From assembly GCA_963704725.1 (NCBI GenBank), contig OY969934.1, positions 2,496,001-2,560,000 on the forward strand: a stretch of 64,000 bases of DNA, written 5' to 3'. The notes beneath the pieces are model-generated. The model did no database searches. It worked only from the letters and a program-made list of their open reading frames with translations, and had not been told where the DNA came from. The stretch is from an uncultured Actinomycetes bacterium (lineage in GTDB: Bacteria; Actinomycetota; UBA4738; HRBIN12). The position numbers were made by a program, and so were the translations under genes. Position 1 is the stretch's first letter; the number at the start of each line of letters is the position of its first letter. Positions 1-12,152 of this stretch are shown piece after piece.

Positions 1-734
1 GCGGTCTCGACGAATCCCGGCCCCGGGACGACCTCTCTCGCCTTCCCCGACCCCATCGCGGAGAAGCCGACCACCGCCCCTCTCGTCGCCGGCACGTCGA
101 GGCTCCCGCTGCTCGCGTTGGCCATGCTGTTCTGCCACGCGGTCGCGCCGATCGCATCCGCTCCGTTGTTGGTCGTCGGCACTCCGGACGCCGCGTCGAC
201 GATCCACTCCACGATCCCCTGTGGCACCTCGAACGTGAACGTGAACGTGATCGGCGCCGTCGTGTCCGCACCGACGGCGCGGAACACCCAGTGGCGCTTC
301 TCGCCCGTCGTGTGCGTCACGACGAGGTCGAACGTGGTCTCCCCGGCTCTGACCACCGGCGCATCCGCGTGATCGCAGCAGGAGAACAGATGGACGAGCG
401 TGACCCTCCCGTCGTCGAGGAACACCGGCGCCGTCTCGGCCGACAGCACGGGGCCCTCCTTGAACACGAAGCCGTCCGTCAGGTGGGTCAGCTTGATCCC
501 CGTCGGCTCGGTGGACACCGGGCCGGACGGGCTCGACGTCGCCTGGCTTCCCACCGGGCTCGGGCTCGGCGAGGTCGCCGAGGGCCGAGGGGAAGGGGTC
601 GAGCTCGATCCCTTCGGCCCCTGCGACGGTCCGGGCGGCGTCTCCGAGCGGTCGACGGACACGCCGACGACCAGCCCACCCACGAAGACGAGGACGAGCG
701 CCAGCCCGATCGCCAGTGCTCTCTTCGGCGTCAC
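1..734 (-). CDS. Secreted or membrane-anchored hypothetical protein with a Ser/Pro/Thr linker; 3' end runs off the window
   Basis: Hand translation from GTG at 734: VTPKRALAIGLALVLVFVGGLVVGV (hydrophobic N-terminus), a PSPRPSATSPSPSP linker, then a beta-rich domain. Absent from the ORF track because there is no stop in the window. Confidence 0.7.
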   Translation of the reverse strand, partial: MTPKRALAIGLALVLVFVGGLVVGVSVDRSETPPGPSQGPKGSSSTPSPRPSATSPSPSPVGSQATSSPSGPVSTEPTGIKLTHLTDGFVFKEGPVLSAETAPVFLDDGRVTLVHLFSCCDHADAPVVRAGETTFDLVVTHTTGEKRHWVFRAVGADTTAPITFTFTFEVPQGIVEWIVDAASGVPTTNNGADAIGATAWQNSMANASSGSLDVPATRGAVVGFSAMGSGKAREVVPGPGFVET

Positions 735-1008
735 CGACTCCCACTCTCCCGCCCCGGCTCATGGGGCGGAGCGCTCACCCGTTCGGCCGAACACTCTACG
801 AGCGCGCGGCGAAAAGGTCGCCGTCCGGGACGCGGCTCCGCCGTCCGCCCGGACGAGTGGACCGTACCCGAGAACCGCGCGATTGCAGATGGCGTAGAAG
901 CGATCTCCGCGGTTGACCAGGCGAACCCTCGCCTGGCAGCCTCTCGAGCGGACTCCGCGTCGCCGCGATGCGCGTCGACAAGCGCTTGAGGGTAAGGGTC
1001 GAGGGCAT

Positions 1009-3426
1009 TCAACTCGTGGAATCCCGCCCCGAGCTTGATCTGCCCCTCCCATCCATCGTCCGACGCGTGCCGGCACGGAGTCCAGCGGGCGGCCCCACCT
1101 CCAGCGTCGTGGAGGCGGAGATCTCCTGCTCGAGGAAGGTCATCTCGGGGTTGACGACGGCGGTGATCGAGACCGTGCCGGGGGCGACCGCGACCGCCAG
1201 GCCTTGGCTATCGATGTACGCGATGCTCTCGTCGTCGCTCGTCCAGATGCCGATCGTGCCGGGCAGCGCGGTCTGGGTGCCCCCGCAGCTGAGGTGGATC
1301 AGCGCCTGGAACTGCACCTCGTCTCCAACCGCGGCGACGGGATCGGCAGGCGTGATCTCGACGCCGACGACGACGAAGAAGAAGACCCCGAGCTCGAACG
1401 CGCCCGTCACCCCACCGAAGGAGGCCTGGATGCTCGTCGAGCCCGCGTCACAACCGGTCTCGACAACCCCCGCCGATCCCGAATCGTTGGAGACGGTTGC
1501 CACAGCCGGATCCGACGAGGACCACGTGGCGCTCTGGGTCAGGCTGTGGGTGGAACCGTCGGCGTAGTGTCCCACCGCGAGGAACTGGAGCGAGACCCCC
1601 CGGGGCATGAACCCATCCACCGGCGGAGCACCCGGCGGCAGCGTGGCCACGGGGGTGACCTCGATGGACTGGAGGGCGCTGCTCGGTGCATGAACGGTGA
1701 TCGTGATCGACCCCGCGATCGGGCCCACCGACGCGGTGATCGTCGCGTCGCCCTCCGCCACGGCGATCACGAGACCGGACGCCTCAACCCGGGCGATCGA
1801 GGGATCCGACGACGCCCAGTCGACCAAGTCGTTGATCCCGGCCAGGTCACCGTTCGAATAGGTCCCGACGGCGTCGAGCTGAAGGTCCTCGCCGGGGAAC
1901 AGCTCGCCCGACCCCTGGGCCGAGATGTCGATCGCGAGGAGCTCCGGTTCGACGACGTGCACGGTCGTTGACCCACTGACGTCGTTCAGAGCCGCAGAGA
2001 TCGTGGCCGTACCCGCACGATCGCCGGTCACGAAACCGCCTCCGACGCTCCGGGCGACCGCGGAATCTGAGCTCTGCCAGGTCGCGAATTCGGTGACGTC
2101 CTGCATCGAACCGTCGGAGAACGTGCCCGTGGCCGTGAGTAGCACGCTCCCTCCGATCGTGACCGTGGGGTCCGTGGGGGCGATCTCGATCGACGTGAGG
2201 TGGCCCCCGATCGTCAGCGTCGCGATTCCCGACACGCCGTCGAGTGAGGCCGTGATGGAGACGACGCCGGGCCCGTGCGCGGTCGCGAGCCCGCTCGCGT
2301 CGACGGTGGCGATGGACACGTCGGATGAGTCCCACTCCGCGAGTGACGAGACATCTCTGATCGATCCGTCCGAGTATCGGCCGGTCGCGAGGAACTGCTG
2401 GGCCTGCTGATCGTTGATCGTGGCGTCGGGAGGGGTGACCTCGACGGACCGCAGGGCGGGCGGCCCCACCTCCAGCGTCGTGGAGGCGGAGATCTCCTGC
2501 TCGAGGAAGGTCATCTCGGGGTTGACGACGGCGGTGATCGAGACCGTGCCGGGGGCGACCGCGACCGCCAGGCCTTGGCTATCGATGTACGCGATGCTCT
2601 CGTCGTCGCTCGTCCAGATGCCGATCGTGCCGGGAAGCGCGGTCTGGGTGCCCCCGCAGCTGAGGTGGATCAGCGCCTGGAACTGCACCTCGTCTCCAAC
2701 CGCGGCGACGGGATCGGCAGGCGTGATCTCGACGCCGACGACGACGAAGAAGAAGACCCCGAGCTCGAACGCGCCCGTCACCCCACCGAAGGAGGCCTGG
2801 ATGCTCGTCGAGCCCGCGTCACAACCGGTCTCGACAACCCCCGCCGATCCCGAATCGTTGGAGACGGTTGCCACAGCCGGATCCGACGAGGACCACGTGG
2901 CGCTCTGGGTCAGGCTGTGGGTGGAACCGTCGGCGTAGTGTCCCACCGCGAGGAACTGGAGCGAGACCCCCCGGGGCATGAACCCATCCACCGGCGGAGC
3001 ACCCGGCGGCAGCGTGGCCACGGGGGTGACCTCGATGGACTGGAGGGCCGTGACCTGGACCGCGGCGGCGCCACTCACCTGCCCGACGGCGGCGAAGACC
3101 GAGGCGTTCCCGAGCGCGAGGGCCGTCGCGAAGCCTCGGGGGCTCTTGCTGAAGCGCACGATCCCCGCATCGGACGACGTCCACCGGGCCTGCGCGGTGA
3201 CATCCTGCATCGAACCATCTGAAAGGACGCCGGTCGCCGAGAACTGTTGGGCCGCCCCCAGCACCAGGGTGGTGGACGCCGGCGCAATCTCGATCCGGAC
3301 GATGCGAGCCTTCGCCGCCAGTGCGGGCGAGCCCGACATGAGGACGCTCGCAACCATCAGGGCGATTGCGATCGTGCCCGCGAAACCGCGAACCATCGGC
3401 CGTCGCGCTTCAAGAAGCCGAGTCAT
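1009..3426 (-). CDS. Secreted Ig-like (Big_2-type) repeat protein with about 8 domains
   Basis: Signal peptide ending SPALA. Repeated units of the form [SR]IE[VI]TP...QF.A.G.[YF]SDGS...VT...W.SSD..[VI]A.V. Confidence 0.85.
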   Translation of the reverse strand: MTRLLEARRPMVRGFAGTIAIALMVASVLMSGSPALAAKARIVRIEIAPASTTLVLGAAQQFSATGVLSDGSMQDVTAQARWTSSDAGIVRFSKSPRGFATALALGNASVFAAVGQVSGAAAVQVTALQSIEVTPVATLPPGAPPVDGFMPRGVSLQFLAVGHYADGSTHSLTQSATWSSSDPAVATVSNDSGSAGVVETGCDAGSTSIQASFGGVTGAFELGVFFFVVVGVEITPADPVAAVGDEVQFQALIHLSCGGTQTALPGTIGIWTSDDESIAYIDSQGLAVAVAPGTVSITAVVNPEMTFLEQEISASTTLEVGPPALRSVEVTPPDATINDQQAQQFLATGRYSDGSIRDVSSLAEWDSSDVSIATVDASGLATAHGPGVVSITASLDGVSGIATLTIGGHLTSIEIAPTDPTVTIGGSVLLTATGTFSDGSMQDVTEFATWQSSDSAVARSVGGGFVTGDRAGTATISAALNDVSGSTTVHVVEPELLAIDISAQGSGELFPGEDLQLDAVGTYSNGDLAGINDLVDWASSDPSIARVEASGLVIAVAEGDATITASVGPIAGSITITVHAPSSALQSIEVTPVATLPPGAPPVDGFMPRGVSLQFLAVGHYADGSTHSLTQSATWSSSDPAVATVSNDSGSAGVVETGCDAGSTSIQASFGGVTGAFELGVFFFVVVGVEITPADPVAAVGDEVQFQALIHLSCGGTQTALPGTIGIWTSDDESIAYIDSQGLAVAVAPGTVSITAVVNPEMTFLEQEISASTTLEVGPPAGLRAGTRRTMDGRGRSSSGRDSTS
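1085..1677. repeat. Copy 2 of a 593-bp intragenic direct repeat (Ig domains 7-8)
   Basis: Matches 2456-3048 at an offset of 1371 nt (in frame). The only mismatch I found is C1264 vs A2635, which is synonymous (CTG/CTT). Confidence 0.95.
2456..3048. repeat. Copy 1 of a 593-bp intragenic direct repeat (Ig domains 2-3)
   Basis: Near-identical to 1085-1677. Confidence 0.95.
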
Positions 3427-3519
3427 GCGCGCCTCCCCATCTCGTCGTTGTTCAGGATCCTGGTGGCAATCTGGCTCCGTCCGAGTTCGGCATGGACGAA
3501 GAGGCGCTCAGACCGCCGC

Positions 3520-3660
3520 TCAGCGGGAGTCGACCGCCATCCGGAGGGGACTGGTCGCGCCGGTGATGCAGCTCTGGTTCGCGTTCTGCCCGTCCATGTC
3601 GGCGCGGCCGATCGTGCCGATGCCGAAACTCGTCCAGTAGATGCGCCCGTCGTGATCACG
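3520..3660 (-). pseudogene. Isolated single-blade remnant of a YWTD/LDL-receptor-type beta-propeller gene
   Basis: DGRIYWTSFGIGTIGRADMDGQNANQSCITGATSPLRMAVDS matches the actinobacterial repeat pattern IYW...TIGRA.LDG....SFITGA..P...AVD. It has no credible start and is followed by a stop. Confidence 0.55.
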
Positions 3661-3837
3661 TCGTAGCCCCCCCCGAGGTCCGGTCGATCCGACCACCTCT
3701 ATCGCCAAGCAGCGTCGACGACGCCGTCGCGCACGCTTAGCGATGGCCGACGCAGGTTCCGGTGTTGTCGTCGCTGTTCCTCCAATCGAGCGCAGACGGC
3801 CGGCCCGGGTGGGCCGGCCGTTCGCTGAAGGTCGCGC

Positions 3838-4284
3838 TTACCCCTGGTCGGATCCGGTGAAGCGGTACTTCCCGTCCCAATGCCACACGCCGGCGGAATC
3901 GACCGAGACGACGGCGTCGGCCTCGAACTGGGCGAACCTGCCGGTCCCGCCCGACAATGTCACGCGACCCTGCGCCGTGGTCAGGTCGAGCAGGACGTGG
4001 CCGTTCGCGGCGACCCCAGCGTCGGATGTCAGGACGATGTCGGCATCCAGCACGCCGTTGGCCGGGGCCTGCAGGTACACCACTCTCATGCCGGGCTTGA
4101 TGATGCTGATGTTCGATGACGTGATCGTGCAGAATGACCCGACCGTTCCGTCGTACTGCGAGCACTCCTTCGTCACGTGCAGGGCCCCACTGCGCGCGGT
4201 CGCGGTCGCAGAGCCGGCCGCCCCGACGGTGGCGGCGACGGCAACCGCAAGAACAGGCATCGAGGTCCGCCTCTTCACCCTCAT
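3838..4284 (-). CDS. Secreted small beta-barrel protein (allene-oxide-cyclase/dirigent-like), paralog B
   Basis: Signal peptide, VTKECSQY.G..GSFCTITSSN motif and GGTGRF motif. Clear paralog of 4986-5417. Confidence 0.7.
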   Translation of the reverse strand: MRVKRRTSMPVLAVAVAATVGAAGSATATARSGALHVTKECSQYDGTVGSFCTITSSNISIIKPGMRVVYLQAPANGVLDADIVLTSDAGVAANGHVLLDLTTAQGRVTLSGGTGRFAQFEADAVVSVDSAGVWHWDGKYRFTGSDQG

Positions 4285-4627
4285 CGCTCCTCCCCCTTCT
4301 CGGTCGCTGCCGACCGATCCGAGCCGAACTCGTCGGCTCTGACGCTGCGCTCACGTCGCTCCCGATGTCCGGAACCGACGCCTTCCATCGCCTCGACGAC
4401 GCGGGTCACCTGCAGCCCGGCCCGCTCCGCCACCTGCTGGATGACTGCCGGTGAGTCCGCCTCGAACGCAGGAAGCAGGTCTGGTCCTCTGGCACGAAGA
4501 TCGAACGGAGGTGCCGAACCCGGGCGCCGTCGCGGGAGATCGCTCGCGCCGCGGCGCCAACCGGCGAAGTCGTCGCCTCGAACTCGCTGACCTGCGCGAG
4601 ATAGACCTCGGCGAGGTACCGGTTCAT
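4281..4627 (-). pseudogene. Frameshifted DUF4242 / SCO4226-like small protein, paralog B
   Basis: MNRYLAEVYL...HLRSIFVPEDQTCFL continues after a frameshift near 4467 (1 nt short) as FEADSPAVIQQVAERAGLQVTRVVEA. It ends at TGA 4281, overlapping the next ATG (ATGA) exactly as the intact paralog does. Confidence 0.75.
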
Positions 4628-4707
4628 CGACAGGCCCTCGGCTTCGCTCATGGATCGAGCCGGTTTCGCATCCGCCGAGGATGGCAAAGAGGGATTTCGC
4701 TCGAAAC

Positions 4708-4731
4708 GTGGAAACCCCGGTGGAAACCCCG
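4708..4731. promoter_or_regulatory. Perfect 12-bp tandem repeat (GTGGAAACCCCG)x2, a candidate regulator binding site
   Basis: Seen directly, about 80 bp upstream of the 4627 start on the minus strand. Function is inferred. Confidence 0.45.
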
Positions 4732-4985
4732 GAGTTTGCTCAGTCCGACTCGGTGAGCCGGCGGGCGGGGCGAGGCCGACCACCACTCCGGTTACCAGGA
4801 GAAGCGCCGACGCGGCGAGTACCCGACGGATGCGTCGGGAATCACTCCCGGTCGATGATCACGACGCCCTCCCTCCCCTTCCGCCCTGCCGTTCCATCTG
4901 TGGACTCCTCGTGCGATCGCCCCTGCCGCGAGCGGCCCGACGCGGAGCGAGGCTGCCGTCGCAAGCCGCTGCGTCGTGGCCATCG

Positions 4986-5417
4986 TCAGAACGAGTACGG
5001 GCCGACCCAGCGGAAGTCCGCTCCGCCCAGAGGCGAGACGGCCACACTGGCCGTGAACTTCCCGAATCGACCGGTTCCGCCCCGGAAGGTCACCGTGCCG
5101 GTACCGGCGAGAAGGTCGAGCACGACATGCCCGAAGGCGGCGTCCCCCTTCGGGGTGTAGACGACGAGGTCGCTATCGAGGGAACCGCCGGCGGCGGCAC
5201 TCGTGTAGACGACCGTCGAACCGGCGGGCATCGCGTCGAGGTTCGACGACGTGATGGTGCAGAAGGAACCGGCCGCCCCGGTGTACTGCGAGCACTCCTT
5301 CGTCACGTCGAGGATCCCTGACCGCGGTCCCTTCGCCAGTGCTGGTGTGGCAGGGGCAAGCGCGAACACGATCGCCGCAAGCACCACGAGCCCCGTCGTT
5401 CCGCGGATCCGTCTCAT
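4986..5417 (-). CDS. Secreted small beta-barrel protein (allene-oxide-cyclase/dirigent-like), paralog A
   Basis: ATG 5417 overlaps the upstream TGA and has a GGAGG SD. Signal peptide ending TPALA; KECSQY..FCTITSSN and GGTGRF motifs. Confidence 0.75.
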   Translation of the reverse strand: MRRIRGTTGLVVLAAIVFALAPATPALAKGPRSGILDVTKECSQYTGAAGSFCTITSSNLDAMPAGSTVVYTSAAAGGSLDSDLVVYTPKGDAAFGHVVLDLLAGTGTVTFRGGTGRFGKFTASVAVSPLGGADFRWVGPYSF

Positions 5418-5692
5418 GCTGAACCTCCCTCCTGGTCGAACCACATCGGGATGTTCGTCAGCTGATGCGTCTCTGTGATCCTTGCGAAGGGCATCTGGGC
5501 GAGCTCGTTGACGAGTCGGACATCGCTTGCGTCGGGCGCCTCGAACGTGCAGAAGCACGAGTCGTCAGCCGGGACGTACCAGGAGCTGAGATGCACGACG
5601 CCGCGTCCGGTGTCGGGAAGGCGGGCGAGCGCGGCTTCGATCCAGGCGAGGTCGCGTCCCGGCAGATATCGCTCCACGAGATAGGTCGGCAT
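5414..5692 (-). CDS. DUF4242 / SCO4226-like (nickel-binding family) small protein, paralog A
   Basis: MPTYLVERYLP...SWYVPADDSCFCTFEAPDASDVRLVNELAQMPFARI fits the family pattern YLVER / CFC.FEA / A..P..RI. Confidence 0.75.
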   Translation of the reverse strand: MPTYLVERYLPGRDLAWIEAALARLPDTGRGVVHLSSWYVPADDSCFCTFEAPDASDVRLVNELAQMPFARITETHQLTNIPMWFDQEGGSA

Positions 5693-5748
5693 CGCCCGCC
5701 CACGGTGGGGCATGCCGCGCCCGCGAACAACCGCACGAACTTGTGGAC

Positions 5749-8559
5749 TTAGTCCGGCGGGTTCGCCACCAAAGCCGCGAGCTCCGTCCGAGAACGGATG
5801 CCCAGCTTCCGGTACACCTTCGACAGGTTCCAGGCGACCGTGTTCGGGCTCAGGCTGAGCTCGGCGGCCACGTCGCTGTTCCTGCGCCCGGCGACCACGA
5901 GCTCGACGATCCGCCGTTCGGTCTCCGACAGCTCGCCGCCCGATCCGATACGCCCGCCGATCCGCCGGAGCTCCGAGCGAGCCTTGTCAGACCAGCCGCG
6001 GGCACCGAGCCGATCGAAGATCCCGACCGCCCGTTCGAGGGTCTCCCGGGCCATTCGCTTGTGTTGGGCCTGGCGTTGCACCCTCCCCAGCGCCAGGAGC
6101 GTGCGGGCGAGCTCGAAGGGGTTCAGTCCCTGCGGCGGGTCCGGCGCGAGGGTCGCCGCCTCGAGTGACTCGGCCGCTCGCTCGTGATCGCCCCGTGCGG
6201 CGGAGAGGAGTCCACGGCAGCGGAGGACGAGGGGGCGGAGAGCGGTATCGCCGTTCGACGCACGTCGATCGATCTGCGCGAGCAGCCGCTCTGCCTCGCG
6301 AAGGTCGCCGATCGTGACCAGGGCCTCGATCGCAGCCGAGCCTGCGAGCTGGGCCAGGTACCCGTCCAGCTCCTGGACGTCGTGGAAGACATGGGCGATC
6401 TGCCGCCAACACGCGCCGGCATCGTCCTTGGAGAGCTCGAGGACCGCGAGCGCGACCTGCAGGCGGAACGCCGCCATCCGGAAGTTGGCTGCCTCGGCCA
6501 CGCGGAGCAGTTCCGGGATCTCACCGCGCGCCTTCTCGACCTCGCCCCTGTAGGCGTCGATCTCGGCGAGGATCGACAGGCCAAGCGGCTGGAACACCTC
6601 CAGGCCCACCTGTCGCGCGAGCTGCATCGCCTCGTCGCACAGCTGCGCGGCCACGTCCCACTCCCCACACGTCATCTCCATCTGGGCGCGGAAGAACAGG
6701 CACCGGACGACGTCCGGATCGGCTCGCTCTGTGGCCTCGGCGATGAGCTCCGTCCACAAGGAACGCGACTCGTCGTGGCGGTCGGATCGGCCGAGTAGGA
6801 GCGCGAGCGTGACGCGCGAAGGGGACAGTCGCATCGGCAGGCCGACATGCCAGGTCCAGATCGACCAGCGCGCGGCCCCGAACCCGTCGCCACCCCGCGT
6901 CTGCTCGAGCTCCAGCGCACGATCGAGGAGGTCGTGCCGGATGCTGCCTGTGCGCGCGAACCAGTTCAGCGCGACCGCGGCCAGGGCGATCGCGAGGGTG
7001 GGAGGATCCTCCAGCCCTTCGGCGAGCGACAGCGCTGCTTCGGTATACCGACCGCCGGCGTCGTTGTCCCCCTGCACATGGGCCATCCACGCGAGCTCGC
7101 AGAGGATGTTCACCTCCTGGCTGGGCTCGAGGTCCGGCTCGGCGAGAGCCTGGCTCAAGAAACTCACGGAGACCGGGAAGCCCTCCGTCATCCCACGCAC
7201 ACCCGCGAGCTGCGTGAGGGCTTCGGCTCGCACTCGACCGGGTCGCGAGGAGCCGACCGCCTGTTCGAGCAGGGCTGCCGCCTTCCTCCAATCGCCGGCG
7301 AACCTGCACGCCTCGGCGGCGATGATGCGGCGTTGGTTCGCGTCCTCGACCGCGTCCCTCGGTGTCAGCGCGACCGCGTGCTCGGCCAGCTCCGCCGCCG
7401 CCTGCGCGGCACCGCGAGCGCGCGCGTGGTTCGCCGCCACATCGAGCGCTTCCGCGATCTCTTCGTCGACACCGGTGGCGGCGATCGCCAGGTGACGAGC
7501 GCGCTCTTCCAGATCGAGATCGAGCTTCGCGAGGCGGCGGTGGAGCCCACGCCTTCTGTGGAGCGGCATCGCCGCGTAGCAGGCGGGGGCGAGCAATGGG
7601 TGCGTGAAGTGGATCCGGTCGCCCTCGAGCTCGATCACGCCCTCGTGTTTGGCGAGATCGATGTCATCCGCCACGCCGGAGGCAAGCGGTTCCAGCACCG
7701 TCACCGAGGGAGCCGCAAGCGCCGCGACGGCAACGAGCGTTTCGCGGACGCGCGCCGGCAGCGCGCGCAACCGCTGCGTCACGAGCGTGCTCAGGCTCTC
7801 GGGGAGTGCGACGTCCAGGCTATCCACGCGGACCGCACCGCCGGCGACCGCGCGCCCGAGCTCGAGCGCGAAGAACGGGTTCCCACCCGTGATCGTGTGC
7901 ACGCGCACCAGCTCCGGTCGCGAGAGGTTGAGCCCGAGCCGACCCCAGAGGAGCCGATGGATCGCCCCGAGGGAGAGGGGTTCGACCCCGAGCCGACGGA
8001 AGCCGCCGAACGCGCGATCGAGCTCGAGCGGCACCTGAGCGGGCCGGCCGCGCACGGTGACGAGAACGCCGACGGGCTGGCTCTCGAGACGCCGCAGCAC
8101 GAACCTGAGGACGTCGACCGAGCTCGGATCGACCCACTGCACGTCGTCGAGCCCGAGGAGCAGCGGCCGCTCCTGAGCGAGCGCGCGCACGACCGACAGC
8201 AGCGAGAGCCCGAGCAGGCGCACCTCCGGAGGCGGCCCGTCCGGCTCCCGTAACAGCAATGCGCTCTCGAGCGCGCGACGTTGAACCGGCATCAACCGCG
8301 GCAGGGTGTCCTCCACCGCCGGTGCGAACAGGTCACCGATGGTTGCGAACGCGATCCGTGTCTCGGCCTGGGTCGATCGGGCGGTCAAGCACCGGAAGCC
8401 GCGCTCTCGCGCGAGCCGATCGCCCTCCTGCCAGAGCGCGGTCTTGCCGATCCCCGCGTCGCCCTCGAGCAACACCGCCTGCCCGCCGGCCGGCACCGCC
8501 GCCAAGAACCCATCGAGCCTGAGCAACTCCTCGCCTCTGCCGATGATCTCTCCGGTCAT
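5749..8559 (-). CDS. LAL-family regulator (AAA/STAND ATPase + TPR-like region + C-terminal LuxR HTH)
   Basis: IIGR..EL, Walker A GDAGIGKT, Walker B LLGLDDVQWVD, GGNPFFALEL, and C-terminal LSETERRIVELV..GRRNSDVAAELSLSPNTV...LSKVYRKLGI.SR. Confidence 0.93.
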   Translation of the reverse strand: MTGEIIGRGEELLRLDGFLAAVPAGGQAVLLEGDAGIGKTALWQEGDRLARERGFRCLTARSTQAETRIAFATIGDLFAPAVEDTLPRLMPVQRRALESALLLREPDGPPPEVRLLGLSLLSVVRALAQERPLLLGLDDVQWVDPSSVDVLRFVLRRLESQPVGVLVTVRGRPAQVPLELDRAFGGFRRLGVEPLSLGAIHRLLWGRLGLNLSRPELVRVHTITGGNPFFALELGRAVAGGAVRVDSLDVALPESLSTLVTQRLRALPARVRETLVAVAALAAPSVTVLEPLASGVADDIDLAKHEGVIELEGDRIHFTHPLLAPACYAAMPLHRRRGLHRRLAKLDLDLEERARHLAIAATGVDEEIAEALDVAANHARARGAAQAAAELAEHAVALTPRDAVEDANQRRIIAAEACRFAGDWRKAAALLEQAVGSSRPGRVRAEALTQLAGVRGMTEGFPVSVSFLSQALAEPDLEPSQEVNILCELAWMAHVQGDNDAGGRYTEAALSLAEGLEDPPTLAIALAAVALNWFARTGSIRHDLLDRALELEQTRGGDGFGAARWSIWTWHVGLPMRLSPSRVTLALLLGRSDRHDESRSLWTELIAEATERADPDVVRCLFFRAQMEMTCGEWDVAAQLCDEAMQLARQVGLEVFQPLGLSILAEIDAYRGEVEKARGEIPELLRVAEAANFRMAAFRLQVALAVLELSKDDAGACWRQIAHVFHDVQELDGYLAQLAGSAAIEALVTIGDLREAERLLAQIDRRASNGDTALRPLVLRCRGLLSAARGDHERAAESLEAATLAPDPPQGLNPFELARTLLALGRVQRQAQHKRMARETLERAVGIFDRLGARGWSDKARSELRRIGGRIGSGGELSETERRIVELVVAGRRNSDVAAELSLSPNTVAWNLSKVYRKLGIRSRTELAALVANPPD

Positions 8560-8837
8560 CGCACCGTTCCGCCGGCTATCGCGCCTGGCTCTGCTCGGCA
8601 CACCCTCGCGCCCGGTAGGTCCGAGCACGGATCGGAACCGCCGCATTCTGAACCCGCGTGTCCCGCCCCCACAAGAGGAGCCGCACGGTAACCTCGACCA
8701 GCTCGTCCGAAGCATCAGCCGGAGACGCACTCGGCGATGGTTGGCCCCGCCACGCAGACGGAAGGGCCGGCGCACGGCCGCTCGGCGAACTCAGCGGCGC
8801 CGCACCCTCGGACGATCCTCGCACCACCCGCCCCGCG

Positions 8838-11183
<2,346 letters not shown>

Positions 11184-11331
11184 GGGGACGGTCTTCCTCT
11201 CTGATCAGCCTGCCTCTTGCATCTGCAACTCCAGAACGGGTTAGCGCCCGTGCCTATTCCAGCATGTAAGCACGATTACACGGTAAGAGCGTTGGGTACC
11301 GGCCCCGGGCGAGACCGCCTATGGTGGCCGG

Positions 11332-12033
11332 GTGTTCGAGCGCTTCACGGAGCGAGCCCGCAGGGTGGTCGTCCTCGCCCAGGAAGAGGCGAGGATGCTG
11401 AACCACAACTACATCGGGACCGAGCACATCCTGCTCGGTCTGATCCACGAGGGCGAGGGCGTCGCCGCCAAGGCGCTCGACAGCCTCGGCATCGACCTCG
11501 ACGCGGTGCGCCAGCAGGTCGAGGAGATCGTCGGACAGGGCCAAGCCGACCCCACAGGGCACATCCCGTTCACGCCCCGTGCCAAGAAGGTCCTCGAGCT
11601 CGCCCTTCGCGAGGGGCTCCAGCTCGGACACAACTACATCGGGACCGAGCACATCCTGCTCGGCCTGATCCGCGAGGGCGAAGGCGTCGCCGCCCAAGTG
11701 CTGCAGAAGCTCGGCGCCGATCTGGACCGGGTTCGCCAGACCGTGATCCAGCTCCTGTCCGGCTCTGCGGGTGGCGAGGGCGAGACGACGCCCGCCGAGA
11801 CGGAGGAGCTCTCCGAGACGGGGGCCTGGTACGGGCGTTGGTCCCGCCGGCCGAGAACCGAGCCCGAGGACTTCCCCGTCTGCCCTTCCTGCTCGAAGCC
11901 GCTGGCCGAGAACCTCCAGCAGAAGGAGATCCCGGTGGGTGTCGGCGAAGGGGACGTGACCCGGATCGAGCGGATCCTGAGGGTCACCTTCTGCGGGCGG
12001 TGCGGTGCCGCGCTCGGGATCGCCGATGCGTGA
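11332..12033 (+). CDS. Stand-alone ClpC N-terminal double-repeat protein with a C-terminal CxxC-x33-CxxC putative Zn site and no AAA domain
   Basis: [37 protein letters not shown], with the [13 protein letters not shown] repeat present twice. Tail CPSC...CGRC. A TATGGT box lies 6 nt upstream of the GTG. Confidence 0.9.
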   Translation: MFERFTERARRVVVLAQEEARMLNHNYIGTEHILLGLIHEGEGVAAKALDSLGIDLDAVRQQVEEIVGQGQADPTGHIPFTPRAKKVLELALREGLQLGHNYIGTEHILLGLIREGEGVAAQVLQKLGADLDRVRQTVIQLLSGSAGGEGETTPAETEELSETGAWYGRWSRRPRTEPEDFPVCPSCSKPLAENLQQKEIPVGVGEGDVTRIERILRVTFCGRCGAALGIADA

Positions 12034-12152
12034 CGGCGGTCGCTATCGCTCCTCGACCGGGGTGAGCGCCGGCACCAGCTCGACGGCGCCGGCGCCGTAG
12101 CGCGCCGAGACGGTCATGACCGTGGGGCGTCGGGCGCCACGAGCCCGTTCCA

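Noticed and set aside
11404-11694. Near-identical ~65-bp direct repeat in the Clp N-domain gene
   Set aside because: It encodes the known duplicated [13 protein letters not shown] Clp repeat. It is not a CRISPR or mobile-element repeat.
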